Assembly (NCBI GenBank): GCA_964591795.1
Contig: CAZQEL010000006.1
Location: 1 to 32,000 of the forward strand
DNA from: an uncultured archaeon
Lineage (GTDB): Archaea > Iainarchaeota > Iainarchaeia > Iainarchaeales > CSSED10-239
Reading direction: 5' to 3'
DNA length: 32,000 nucleotides
In this document: piece after piece, positions 16,228 through 25,976 of the stretch
Numbering within the stretch: the first letter of the stretch is position 1
Layout of the letters: each line of letters begins with the position of its first letter
Notes under the pieces: generated by a model
Database searches by the model: none
What the model was told of the DNA's origin: nothing
What the model saw: only the letters and a program-made list of their open reading frames with translations
Translations under genes and position numbers: made by a program

Positions 16228-16656
16228 TTAGATCTTATCTGCTAATAAATGAGTTAAAACCCCAATTAATCCTGTAAAAAAGAAAAAAGGATCAATAAAT
16301 AATAATGGTGTTGAAGCAATCACTCCAAAAATTAAAGAATGAACTGGACCTCTATGTTTAATTAATGTTAAAACTATTTCTGCAATTATTAATATTGCTG
16401 CTATAATTAATGCAATTTTATCTTTGTTAACTATACTAATTATTGTGAAAAATAAAAGAAGTCCCATTATTATATTATTTAATTGTTTTCTTATCCATGA
16501 ATTGTTCTTATCAATATCCGGAAGAAGAGAATAAATTATAAATATAAAAAAAGCAATTAATATTTTTGGAGTTTCAAGAGTCATAAAATTAGTTATGATT
16601 ATATATATTGCAGTAAATATAAATGTTGCAAATAAAATATGACCTAGTTTATTCAT
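16228..16656 (-). CDS. Membrane-bound metal-dependent hydrolase, YdjM/DUF457-like
   Basis: Starts MNKLGHILF. Contains LLPDIDK, HRGPVHSL and C-terminal LTHLLADK, in a multi-TM protein of 142 aa. Confidence 0.6.
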   Translation of the reverse strand: MNKLGHILFATFIFTAIYIIITNFMTLETPKILIAFFIFIIYSLLPDIDKNNSWIRKQLNNIIMGLLLFFTIISIVNKDKIALIIAAILIIAEIVLTLIKHRGPVHSLIFGVIASTPLLFIDPFFFFTGLIGVLTHLLADKI

Positions 16657-16717
16657 AGCAGTTTCCTATAAAATATATAACAGATTTATTTATAAAATAA
16701 TTTTTTTAAATTGTAAT

Positions 16718-16963
16718 TTATTTTTTTATTTCTGTCATGAATTTTTTAAAATTAAATGTTTTTTTATTAATACTTTCTTTAATAGTTTTAACTAATTCTG
16801 GATTTTTATTTAATTTTTTGGATAATAAATTCATATCACCAATAGTGAATCCATTGGAGTAAAGCTGTTTTTTTATATTACTTTGCTCTATTTTAGTTAA
16901 AATTTCTCTTGTTTTAACTATACCATTTTTATTTTTTATTTTTATTGGTTTTTTAGCATTCAT
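16718..16963 (-). CDS. Hypothetical small lysine-rich protein
   Basis: ORF only; no recognisable motif. Confidence 0.4.
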   Translation of the reverse strand: MNAKKPIKIKNKNGIVKTREILTKIEQSNIKKQLYSNGFTIGDMNLLSKKLNKNPELVKTIKESINKKTFNFKKFMTEIKK

Positions 16964-17072
16964 ATTTAGTCCTTTTTTTATTTTTAAAGCTTCTTTTAAA
17001 TATATTCTGGTATATATTCTTTTAAACCTATAGTTTAATATATTTATATGAGTAAGTAGGAGTGATTATATT

Positions 17073-17390
17073 ATGTCTGAATTTATAACAGAACTTAACG
17101 ATAATAATTTTAAAGAAATCATAAAAAATAAAAAAATTGTTGTGGTTGATTTTTGGGCTGCATGGTGTGGTCCTTGTCAAATGTTTACATCTATTTTTGA
17201 AAGTTTTGCAAAGGAAAATAAAGATGTTTTTTGTGTTAAAATAAACGTTGATGCAGCACCTAAAATTGCTCAAGAAAATGAAATTAGATCTATTCCAACG
17301 ATAATGTTTATTAAAGATGGAGTTGTTGTAAAAAAAATGGTTGGTGCCATATCAAAGGATATTATAAAGCAAACAATTTCTCAATTGTAA
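17073..17390 (+). CDS. trxA: Thioredoxin
   Basis: VVDFWAAWCGPCQ active site and a 105-aa size. AGGAGTGA Shine-Dalgarno-like motif upstream. Confidence 0.95.
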   Translation: MSEFITELNDNNFKEIIKNKKIVVVDFWAAWCGPCQMFTSIFESFAKENKDVFCVKINVDAAPKIAQENEIRSIPTIMFIKDGVVVKKMVGAISKDIIKQTISQL

Positions 17391-17425
17391 TTTAAAATTT
17401 GAATATTAAAGGAGAAGATTATTTT

Positions 17426-18931
17426 ATGAAATTAAATTTAAAAATAAAAATATTGGATATATATGCAAGCTATCCAGTAGTTATTTTACATCCTAGTACA
17501 GCAGAACAAATTGGTGCTCAAAATTTAGATCGATTAAAATTAAAAACAGAAAAAATTAGTTCTGTTTTTGTGATGGATACTTCAAACACATATGTTGATG
17601 AACAAACAATTGGAATGTTTAAAGATACTGCTAAAGATTTTAACTTAAAAGATGGAGATTTAGTTTTAATAAATTTATTAACTCCACCTCTAGCAATTAA
17701 ATATGTAATGAATAAAATTAAAAATAAAACTTTAAGTGAAGAAGAAATACGTGAAATTGTAAAAGATATTGATCAAAATTCATTATCAGAAATTGAATTA
17801 TCAGCTTTTGTAACTGGTGTTTATATTAATGGTTTAAATTTAGAAGAAACAAAACATCTTTGTAATGCTCTTGTTGATATTGGTGATAAAATAGATTTTA
17901 ACGAAGATGTCATTTTAGATAAACATTCAATTGGTGGAATAAATGGAAGAGTATCTATGATATTAACTCCAATTATTGCATCATTAGGGTATAAAATTCC
18001 AAAAACAGCATCAAGATCAATAACTTCTTCCGCTGGAACAGCTGATTCAATGGAAGTATTAGCTCCAGTAAGTTTTGATGTTTCAGAAATTAAAAATATT
18101 ATTAATACTACAAATGGAGTTGTTGCTTGGGAAGGTAAGTTTGATCTTTGTCCAGTTGATAACAAATTAATTGATATAGAGCATGCTCTTGGAATTAATC
18201 CTGAAGGAATAATGATAGCATCTATTCTTTCTAAAAAGAAAAGTATTGGTTCAACTCATCTTATAATTGATATTCCAGTTGGACGTGATGTTAAGGTTAA
18301 AAATAAAGAAGATGGTGAACGTCTTGCTAAAAAGTTTATAACTATTAGTAATTTTTTAGGTATAAATGCACGTGCTGTTTTAACTGATGGTGATAAACCA
18401 TGTGGATCTTATTTTGGACCTGCTCTTGAAGCTAAAAATATTTTAGAAATTTTAGAATGTAAATATCAAGATAATGTTTTAGAAAAAGCTTGTCTTTTAT
18501 CTGGTGAACTTTTAGAGCTTGTTGGACATGCAAAACATGGTGAAGGTTATTTACTTGCAAAAGAAGTTGTAACTTCAGGTAAAGCACTTGATAAATTTAA
18601 AGAAATTATTAAGGCGCAAGGTGGAAGTATTTTAAAATCAGAAGATGTTCCTGTTGCTAAAATTAAACAAAATATAATTTTTGAAAAAGCAGGAACTATA
18701 AATGGGTTTGATGTTTTAAAAATTACAAATATTGCAAAACTTTTAGGTTGTCCAAAAGACGTTGAAGCTGGAGTTGTTCTTTTGTATGATGTTGGAGATT
18801 CTATTCAAGCAAACGATGCTATTTTTGAGTTCCATGCAAATACTGATGAAAAAATAAAACGTGCAATTGATTATTTTAAAGATAATAATCCAATTATTTT
18901 TGAAAGTATGATAATAGAAGAGTTTGAATAA
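17426..18931 (+). CDS. deoA: AMP phosphorylase (thymidine phosphorylase family, archaeal DeoA type)
   Basis: The N-terminal extra domain (MKLNLKIKILDIYASYPVVILHP...) is typical of AMP phosphorylase. Followed by DKHSIGGINGRVSMILTPIIASLGYKIPKTASRSITSSAGTADSMEVL. ATG 17426 is preferred over TTG 17399 because AAGGAG lies ~11 nt upstream of it. Confidence 0.8.
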   Translation: MKLNLKIKILDIYASYPVVILHPSTAEQIGAQNLDRLKLKTEKISSVFVMDTSNTYVDEQTIGMFKDTAKDFNLKDGDLVLINLLTPPLAIKYVMNKIKNKTLSEEEIREIVKDIDQNSLSEIELSAFVTGVYINGLNLEETKHLCNALVDIGDKIDFNEDVILDKHSIGGINGRVSMILTPIIASLGYKIPKTASRSITSSAGTADSMEVLAPVSFDVSEIKNIINTTNGVVAWEGKFDLCPVDNKLIDIEHALGINPEGIMIASILSKKKSIGSTHLIIDIPVGRDVKVKNKEDGERLAKKFITISNFLGINARAVLTDGDKPCGSYFGPALEAKNILEILECKYQDNVLEKACLLSGELLELVGHAKHGEGYLLAKEVVTSGKALDKFKEIIKAQGGSILKSEDVPVAKIKQNIIFEKAGTINGFDVLKITNIAKLLGCPKDVEAGVVLLYDVGDSIQANDAIFEFHANTDEKIKRAIDYFKDNNPIIFESMIIEEFE

Positions 18932-18951
18932 AATTTTTTTATTTGATTTTT

Positions 18952-19746
18952 TTATTTTTTAATAACTTTAAAAATAGCTTCAAGTTCAGGAACAGATAAT
19001 TGTTTAACTTTTTTAAAGTCCATCTTTTCTGAAATTTTGTTTAGTTTTGTCAGATCAACAATATCTTTATTTTCTACAGATGCATGTTTTAAACTATTTT
19101 TAATATCTTTATTTCCATATCTAAAAATATTTTTAACAAAAAGATTATAGTTTAAATTATTTATTTTATTATTAGGTATAATTGAAATTATTGCAGATTC
19201 TACTTTTGGTTTTGGAAAAAATGAACCCTTGCCAATGTTTTTAATAATTTTAATTTCTGAATAATTTTGAACAAGTGCAGTTATTGCCACATAATTTGAA
19301 AATCCTTCAAATGCAGCAAGTTTTTCAGCAAATTCTCTTTGAACAACTAAGCATGCTGGTTTAGTTGCAAGAATTTTTTCCATTATTTTTAATGATATGG
19401 AATATGGAATGAATCCAGCAATTTTATCAAATTTAAGTTTAGATAAATCTACATTTAAAAAATTAGAATTAATAATTTCTAAGTTATCAGTATTAATTTC
19501 TTTTTTTAAAATTTCAATCATCAAAGGATCTTTTTCAATTGCAATTACTTTTTTACAAGAAGTTAAAAGTTCTTTTGTTAAAAATCCAAGGCCAGGGCCA
19601 ATTTCTAAAATAGTTTCTTCTTTATTAATTTTAAGTGTTTCAATAACTTTTTTAATAATATTATTATCAATTATAAAATTTTGATTAAGCTTATGATCTG
19701 GTTTAAAACCATATATAAGCATAAGTTTGTATATATCTTTTATCAT
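18952..19746 (-). CDS. rsmA: 16S rRNA (adenine-N6,N6)-dimethyltransferase RsmA/KsgA/Dim1
   Basis: KLNQNFIIDNNIIKKVIE and ILEIGPGLGFLTKEL (SAM-binding). Lies in the conserved archaeal L21e-RpoF-DUF655-KsgA gene order. Confidence 0.9.
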   Translation of the reverse strand: MIKDIYKLMLIYGFKPDHKLNQNFIIDNNIIKKVIETLKINKEETILEIGPGLGFLTKELLTSCKKVIAIEKDPLMIEILKKEINTDNLEIINSNFLNVDLSKLKFDKIAGFIPYSISLKIMEKILATKPACLVVQREFAEKLAAFEGFSNYVAITALVQNYSEIKIIKNIGKGSFFPKPKVESAIISIIPNNKINNLNYNLFVKNIFRYGNKDIKNSLKHASVENKDIVDLTKLNKISEKMDFKKVKQLSVPELEAIFKVIKK

Positions 19747-19767
19747 AAGTAAAGTTGTATTAATGTT

Positions 19768-20301
19768 TTATTTAAAAGGTTTTTTAACAATAAATGGCAT
19801 TGTAAATAAATTATATTTAATTTCAGCCCCTTCCATAAGCTCATCAATAACTCTATTTATAATTACTTTTATAGGATCTGGCATCATTTCTATTTTAGTG
19901 ATTTCCTCAAAAGAAGTAAATTTTCCTTTTTTTCTAATGTGATCTATTATAGCCATTCTATGTTTTGATCCAATCATAGGAAGTAAATCTAATTGGTGAC
20001 GTCTTAGGCCAATAGGTTTTGCATTATTAAAAAAGTTAACAAATTTATCTGGATTTTCAAGTACAATTGTTTCAATTGATTTTTCTATTTCTTTTTTACC
20101 ATTTTCAGCAAGTCTATTGTAAGTTATTCTTCTTACAACCATATCTTCAGTTGATATTTTTTCTTGATATTTAAATGGTTCAGAAGTAATTATTTCTAAT
20201 AATGAAAAGTTAGATGTACCAATACAGTGAACAATATCGGTTTGTTTAAATTTAATTTCTCTTTTCAGTTTATCTAAAACAATTGCTTCTTTTTTTATCA
20301 T
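19768..20301 (-). CDS. DUF655 family protein (putative RNA-binding, HhH C-terminus)
   Basis: RRHQLDLLPMIGSKHRMAIIDHIRKKGKFTSFEEI, plus its position between rpoF and ksgA. Confidence 0.8.
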   Translation of the reverse strand: MIKKEAIVLDKLKREIKFKQTDIVHCIGTSNFSLLEIITSEPFKYQEKISTEDMVVRRITYNRLAENGKKEIEKSIETIVLENPDKFVNFFNNAKPIGLRRHQLDLLPMIGSKHRMAIIDHIRKKGKFTSFEEITKIEMMPDPIKVIINRVIDELMEGAEIKYNLFTMPFIVKKPFK

Positions 20302-20310
20302 ATAACAAAA

Positions 20311-20634
20311 TCACTTTTTACTATATTTTTTTAAAATATTTAATATTTCTTCTTTTTTTGAATCATCAATATCTTTTTCTTTTTCTAAAATTAAGTTTAA
20401 TTCTAATCCATTTGGTATTATATCTGTGATTTTAGTTGCAATTTCATCAGATAATTCTATATCTAAAAGACTTTTTTTAAGTTTTGCTGAGTTTGCAGGA
20501 GTTAATGCTACAAATAATTTTGCATGTTCTAATGTATTTTTTTGTTCAAAGTTAAGTTCTTTTTCTTTAGATCTTTCAGTTAATACTTTTTTAACTTCTG
20601 ATAATGTAACATCTTCTACGTATTTGTAGTTCAT
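20311..20634 (-). CDS. rpoF: DNA-directed RNA polymerase subunit Rpo4/F
   Basis: 107 aa. VTLSEVKKVL...NFEQKNTLEHAKLF...ATKITDIIP pattern. 4-nt overlap with rpl21e. Confidence 0.8.
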   Translation of the reverse strand: MNYKYVEDVTLSEVKKVLTERSKEKELNFEQKNTLEHAKLFVALTPANSAKLKKSLLDIELSDEIATKITDIIPNGLELNLILEKEKDIDDSKKEEILNILKKYSKK

Positions 20635-20966
20635 CTTATCACCCTTTGTAATTTAGGTTTTGGTGTTTTTGGTATTTGTTTAATTTGTTTAATGTGTACT
20701 TTGTCTGTTATTATTTTTTTCTTTAAGTTTCCATCATATATTTCAATAACAGGAGCTTTTCCTTGAAAGTCAACAACATTTCCAGTTTTACCATACATTC
20801 TTTTATGAGGTATACCTTGGTGTTTTGAACTATTAATTATTACTTGAACAGTATCTCCAACTTTTACTGGTTTCATAATTTCGTTTACTGTTGTTTTTGC
20901 TCTAACGTTTCTTCTTAATAAACTTCTTGTTTTTGATCTTTTTCCTTTTGCTTTTTTGCAAGACAT
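20631..20966 (-). CDS. rpl21e: 50S ribosomal protein L21e
   Basis: KGKRSKTRSLLRRNVRAK...VGDTVQVIINSSKHQGIPHKRMYGKTGNVV. Confidence 0.92.
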   Translation of the reverse strand: MSCKKAKGKRSKTRSLLRRNVRAKTTVNEIMKPVKVGDTVQVIINSSKHQGIPHKRMYGKTGNVVDFQGKAPVIEIYDGNLKKKIITDKVHIKQIKQIPKTPKPKLQRVIR

Positions 20967-21214
20967 ATATATTACCTTTTTATATTTTTTAGTTATGATT
21001 TTTAGTGTAAGTATTAGTATCTATACTAATAAATAACCAAATCTAGTTCTTATAAACTATATATATTAATAGAATAGATATGTTTTAAAATAGATTCTTA
21101 GGAATTGTAGGGTGTGAATTTTGATTTTATTTATATTTATTTAAAAACCCCTTTTTAAACATTTCTATTAATTAAATATTTATATCAAATATTATATAAG
21201 TAGGTGATCATTTT

Positions 21215-21835
21215 ATGGCATATAAAATACAAAATTTAGTTGCATCTAGTAATTTAGAAACAACTTTAGACCTTTATAATCTTGCAGCTGCAATTCCAGA
21301 TGTAGAATATGAACCAGAGCAATTTCCTGGTGCAATATTTAAAATCAAAGAACCTAAAGTAACATTACTTTTATTCAAAAATGGAAAATTAATTATTTCT
21401 GGAGCTTCAACTGAAGACGATATTATTGCAGGTATTAAAAAAGCAACGAAATTAATTAATGAAATTCAAAAAGAAGTTAAAATTAAAAAAGCAGTAAATT
21501 ATACAATTGTAAATTTAGTTGCTACTTCAAATCTTAATAGACCAGTTGATCTTTTCCAAGCTGCAGTAACATTAGATGATATTGAATATGAACCAGAACA
21601 ATTTCCTGGTGCAATAATAAGAATTCATAATCCTAAAGTTACAATTTTACTTTTTAAGAATGGTAAAATGATTTGTGCAGGTGCAAAATCAGAAGGGGAC
21701 ATTAAAAAAAGTATTACTGCTGTTAAAAAATTACTTGCAGATAATAATTCAAACACAGAAGAAACACTTAATGTTAAGAAAGAAAAGAAAAAACCTGTTA
21801 AAAAAAATAAACTAATAAAAACAAAGGGTATTTAA
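21215..21835 (+). CDS. tbp: TATA-box-binding protein with lysine-rich C-terminal tail
   Basis: Two direct TBP repeats (IQNLVASSNL...YEPEQFPGAIFKI...LLLFKNGKLIISGA and IVNLVATSNL...YEPEQFPGAIIRI...ILLFKNGKMICAGA). AGGTGAT Shine-Dalgarno-like motif upstream. Confidence 0.95.
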   Translation: MAYKIQNLVASSNLETTLDLYNLAAAIPDVEYEPEQFPGAIFKIKEPKVTLLLFKNGKLIISGASTEDDIIAGIKKATKLINEIQKEVKIKKAVNYTIVNLVATSNLNRPVDLFQAAVTLDDIEYEPEQFPGAIIRIHNPKVTILLFKNGKMICAGAKSEGDIKKSITAVKKLLADNNSNTEETLNVKKEKKKPVKKNKLIKTKGI

Positions 21836-21856
21836 ATATTATCATTCATAATTAAT

Positions 21857-21976
21857 ATGTTAGCGGCCATAGGGATGGAGAAACACCTGGACCCTTTTCG
21901 AACCCAGAAGTTAAGTCTATTGCCGTTTTTATTTGCTGTTAGTTCTTGCTAGCTGCGATATTAAAGCTGCTAACAT
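21857..21976 (+). rRNA. rrf: 5S ribosomal RNA (not linked to 16S/23S in this window)
   Basis: Terminal helix ATGTTAGCGGC / GCTGCTAACAT. Conserved core CCATAGGGATGGAGAAACACCTGGACCCTTTTCGAACCCAGAAGTTAAG. T-runs downstream. Confidence 0.9.
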
Positions 21977-22136
21977 TTTAAAATTTCTTTTTTTATTTTA
22001 AATTTTTATAAATAGATTGTATTTATACAATTTTTATTTTTATTTTTTTCCAATTTCCTATTTTTTAAATTAAATATCTTTTAATATATTTCCCTACATA
22101 GCTATATAGTAATAAAATTATTTTACGGGAATATAT

Positions 22137-24065
22137 ATGACAGTTAATGATAATAGTTTTGAAAATTTTGTAACCAAACATAAAAAAATAATTTTTATAA
22201 TTTTAATTTTTATAATGGCTTTTTCTATAAGAGGACATCTTCTTAAATATGATAATATGTTTGAGTTTGATACTTATTGGCATCTTAGAATGACAGGGTA
22301 TACTCTTCAAGGAGATATGCCTGATCATGATCCTTTAGGGTTTTATGGACAAGGTGGAACTCCGTTAAGAGGTTGGCCTTCTTTTTTGTGGCATTTTACG
22401 TCCATCCTCTATATAATATTTACATTTGGTGCTCCATATAATAAAGAACTCTTGATGCAGTTTGCAAGGTTTTTACCTGCAATATTTGGTGCATTAATAT
22501 CTGTTGTAATGTATTTTTTAGGAAAAGAAATTTACAACCGGAAAGCAGGTTATGTGATGGCAATTGTTGCTGCAACAATACCGGCTTTTGTATATAGAAC
22601 AATGGCTGGTTTTTATGAAGAAGATGCCTTAGGTTTTTTGTGGTTGATTATGGGTTTTATCTTTTTAGTAAAAGCATTTAAAAATTTACATGCAACAAAA
22701 CTACATTTAAGATATGCTCTCATATCTGGATTATTTTTTGGGCTAATGGCTTTTACTTGGGATATGTTTATTTTAATACCACTTGTGTTAATTGCATATT
22801 TTATAACTAATATGATTTACATGGCTTATAAAAATTATTCAAATAAAGATATGGCTTCTTTTTTGAAAATTTTTGTAATAATATTTGTAATTTTTGTAGC
22901 ATTAGCATCAATTGCTCAACCAAATTGGATAAAGAGAACGACTAAATACGTTGTTGATTATATTCCCTTGACTCAAGATAATTTAGATAGGATTTCAAAT
23001 AAAAATATACCTACTCAAAATGTTTTGTCAGTATCTGTTGGTGAAGAAAACGTAGGAAAAAAATTCTTTTTGTACAAGTATAGTTTTTTAATTTGGATTC
23101 CATTTGCTGCAATACTTTTAATGCCACTTTATTTATTATTTACAAAAAGAAAAGATTACTTAACTTTACTTTTATTTTTTTGGATATTGATAACTACATT
23201 TATGGCATGGTCTAAGCTTAAATTTACATTTGCCTTAGGATTGCCACTTGCTGCAGCCGCAGGATTTTTATTTTATTTTGTAGATAGTTGGATTTCAAAC
23301 AAATCTTTGTTTGCAAAAAGAATATTTGCATTGTTTGTTGGTTTAGTGTTACTTACTTCAATCGCTGCTGGAACTCATGAAGTATATACAAAAGTACCGC
23401 ATATTGTTGAAAAAAATGATTGGAGAGAATCAATTTTTTGGATCGGTGCAAATACACCTATTGATGCCAAAATATTCAACTGGTGGGATTATGGTCACTG
23501 GATAACTTATTTTTCAGAAAGAAAAGCAAGTACCGATAATACAAATGCATTTATGGAAGGTGATAGTGATTTTGGACTATTTATACTTAGTCAAGATTTA
23601 AATAATTCAAAGAATTTAATGAAAAAATATGATGTTGATTATTTTATAGCTGATAATACTTACTTTAATAGGTATACTTCATTTGCGTCCTATGGGTATG
23701 TTACTACAGATTATAAAGATCCTAGAGTTGCAAAATATGTTTCAGCAACCTTTAATTGTTTAAAAGGAAATGTTGCAGATGGTACAAAAGCATACAAATG
23801 TAATGATAATATTTTTACAGAAGCACAAATGACGAAAATACCAACTACTTGGATAGATTCTCCTAGCGATGTAATTAATGGAATGCCAATGTATGTTTAT
23901 CGTCTTGAAGATAATTCTAAAATATTTTTCTTAAATGATGCTGGTAACAACTCTGGTTTTGCAAAAATTTGGTTTTCAGAAAAAGAATATAAAAAAACAT
24001 TTTCTATAGCTTATGAAAATGGAGCTGTTAGAATATATAAGGTAGATAAAAAATATTTAGAGTAG
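22137..24065 (+). CDS. aglB: Oligosaccharyltransferase AglB (STT3 family)
   Basis: Multi-TM N-terminal domain and the WWDYGHW catalytic motif (FNWWDYGHWITY). 642 aa. Confidence 0.9.
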   Translation: MTVNDNSFENFVTKHKKIIFIILIFIMAFSIRGHLLKYDNMFEFDTYWHLRMTGYTLQGDMPDHDPLGFYGQGGTPLRGWPSFLWHFTSILYIIFTFGAPYNKELLMQFARFLPAIFGALISVVMYFLGKEIYNRKAGYVMAIVAATIPAFVYRTMAGFYEEDALGFLWLIMGFIFLVKAFKNLHATKLHLRYALISGLFFGLMAFTWDMFILIPLVLIAYFITNMIYMAYKNYSNKDMASFLKIFVIIFVIFVALASIAQPNWIKRTTKYVVDYIPLTQDNLDRISNKNIPTQNVLSVSVGEENVGKKFFLYKYSFLIWIPFAAILLMPLYLLFTKRKDYLTLLLFFWILITTFMAWSKLKFTFALGLPLAAAAGFLFYFVDSWISNKSLFAKRIFALFVGLVLLTSIAAGTHEVYTKVPHIVEKNDWRESIFWIGANTPIDAKIFNWWDYGHWITYFSERKASTDNTNAFMEGDSDFGLFILSQDLNNSKNLMKKYDVDYFIADNTYFNRYTSFASYGYVTTDYKDPRVAKYVSATFNCLKGNVADGTKAYKCNDNIFTEAQMTKIPTTWIDSPSDVINGMPMYVYRLEDNSKIFFLNDAGNNSGFAKIWFSEKEYKKTFSIAYENGAVRIYKVDKKYLE

Positions 24066-24078
24066 ATGGAAAATTAAT

Positions 24079-25107
24079 ATGATTAATAATTTATTTTATT
24101 TTATTTTACTTTTATTATCCTTTGGGCTTTCTTTTCTTTTAGCTTTATTTTTAGTTCCAAAGTTTATTAAATTGATTTCAAAAACTTCTTTTTTAGGAAG
24201 AGATATGAATAAATTTAATAAGCCATTAGTTTCTGAACTTGGTGGAATTCCAGTTTTTTTAAGTTTTATTTTATCTCTATTGTTTGTACTTTTAATTAAT
24301 TATGTATTATTATTTATTTTTAATTTGGATTTTTCAATAATTAATTTAATGCAATTTAGTTTAATTATAATTACATTATTTTTAATATTTATGATGGGAT
24401 TAATTGATGATATTTTAGGATGGAAAAAAGGAATTAGTCAAATACAACATTTAATTTATCCAATTTTATTTTCAATCCCAATAATTATTTTAAGCATTGT
24501 ATTTGATATTACTCAAATGTATATACCTTTAATAGGAAATTTAAATTTAGGTTTAGTTTATGCTTTTATTTTTGTTCCTGTTGCTTTAACTGCGACTACA
24601 AATGCATTAAATTTATTAGCAGGATTTAATGGTCTTGAAGCTGGGCTTGGAATTTTAATTTTTTTAACAATTTCTATATTTTCTTTATTTTTTGGTAATA
24701 TAACTCTTTTAATAATTTTACTTGCCTGGATTGGCGCTCTTTTAGGTTTTTTAAAATTCAATAGATTCCCATCTAAAATGTTTCCAGGGGATGTAATTAC
24801 TTTAATTAATGGAGTTTTAATAGGTATATCTGCAATTGTTTTAGGTTTAGAATTATTAATTGCATTTGTTATGATTTTATTTATTATTGAATTTATTATT
24901 AAAGCAAAACATAAATTTAAAACTGAATGTTTTGGTATAATTCAAAAATCAGGAATTATTAAACCAAACCCAAAAGGTGGTTCATTAACTCATTTTATTT
25001 TAAACAAAGGAAAATTTACAGAGCTTAAATTAGTATTTACTTTCTATAAAATCCAGGGAGTTATTTCTGTAATTGCTTTGGTTTTATTTTTTATAATTTA
25101 TTTTTAA
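24079..25107 (+). CDS. Glycosyltransferase family 4 (dolichyl-phosphate GlcNAc-1-P transferase, AglH/MraY-like)
   Basis: GLIDDILGWKKG and NALNLLAGFNGLEAG motifs in a polytopic membrane protein. Confidence 0.85.
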   Translation: MINNLFYFILLLLSFGLSFLLALFLVPKFIKLISKTSFLGRDMNKFNKPLVSELGGIPVFLSFILSLLFVLLINYVLLFIFNLDFSIINLMQFSLIIITLFLIFMMGLIDDILGWKKGISQIQHLIYPILFSIPIIILSIVFDITQMYIPLIGNLNLGLVYAFIFVPVALTATTNALNLLAGFNGLEAGLGILIFLTISIFSLFFGNITLLIILLAWIGALLGFLKFNRFPSKMFPGDVITLINGVLIGISAIVLGLELLIAFVMILFIIEFIIKAKHKFKTECFGIIQKSGIIKPNPKGGSLTHFILNKGKFTELKLVFTFYKIQGVISVIALVLFFIIYF

Positions 25108-25117
25108 GTGATGTGAT

Positions 25118-25963
25118 GTGAAATTAATATCTTTTAAAAAATATTTGATTTTGTCAAGGCCAATTCTATTTATTTTAATTTTTTTATGTTTTGTAGTTGC
25201 ACTATTTTTTTCCACTAAATCAATTTTAAATATTACATTAATTCACATAATATTTATTTTATTACTTACCTTTTTAATTCCATTTTTTGTGTTTTCAATA
25301 AATGATCTTGAAGATTATAGTTCTGATAAATTAAATAGCAGAAAAAAAAGTATTTTTTTTGGAATGCATATTCCTAATTTACTTAAATACAGTCAATGCA
25401 TTAAAATCTATAATTTAATAATATTTTTAATATTAATAGGTTATTCAATTTTGTATTTTAAAATAATTACTACTTTAATTTTATTTTTATTATTATTTAT
25501 TATGTATTTTTATTCTGCTAAACCGATTAGGTTTAGGCGTATTCTATTTATTGATTTTATTTCAAATGGAATTATTGTTTTTTTATCATTTGTTTTAATC
25601 TATTCTATTTTTAATCGAATTTGTTTTATTCCATTAAAAATATATTTGGTATCTATATCTATTATGTCATATCATTTAGTTGCTGCACAAATTGACATAA
25701 TTTCTGATAATATATCAAAACAACAAACATCTGCAACAATAATAAACAATAAACATTTAATTTTCTTAATTTGTATTTTATTAAATTTGCCTTTATTATT
25801 AATTAAGTTAAATAGTTTTTTTAAATTTCTTTTTTATATTAATATTTTAATAATTTTAATAATTTATTTATATCCTAAATTTAGTAAATTATATTTGTTT
25901 TTATTTTTTGTAACCTCTTGGGTTATAATTTCCTTGTTTTACATATTTAATAATTTATTTTAA
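25118..25963 (+). CDS. UbiA-family prenyltransferase-like membrane protein
   Basis: First Asp-rich motif NDLEDYSSDKLNSRKK (NDxxDxxxD). Second motif AAQIDIISD. Polytopic. GTG start. Confidence 0.6.
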   Translation: MKLISFKKYLILSRPILFILIFLCFVVALFFSTKSILNITLIHIIFILLLTFLIPFFVFSINDLEDYSSDKLNSRKKSIFFGMHIPNLLKYSQCIKIYNLIIFLILIGYSILYFKIITTLILFLLLFIMYFYSAKPIRFRRILFIDFISNGIIVFLSFVLIYSIFNRICFIPLKIYLVSISIMSYHLVAAQIDIISDNISKQQTSATIINNKHLIFLICILLNLPLLLIKLNSFFKFLFYINILIILIIYLYPKFSKLYLFLFFVTSWVIISLFYIFNNLF

Positions 25964-25976
25964 TTAAAAAAAGTAT

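Noticed and set aside
17399-17425. TTG start for the AMP phosphorylase ORF
   Set aside because: ATG at 17426 is preceded by AAGGAG at a suitable distance. It also yields the MK..KI..LD N-terminus typical of the family.
21012-21030. Palindrome TTAGTATcTATACTAA in the rpl21e-tbp divergent intergenic region as an operator
   Set aside because: It is a single short AT-rich palindrome, easily produced by chance at this base composition, with no second copy seen.
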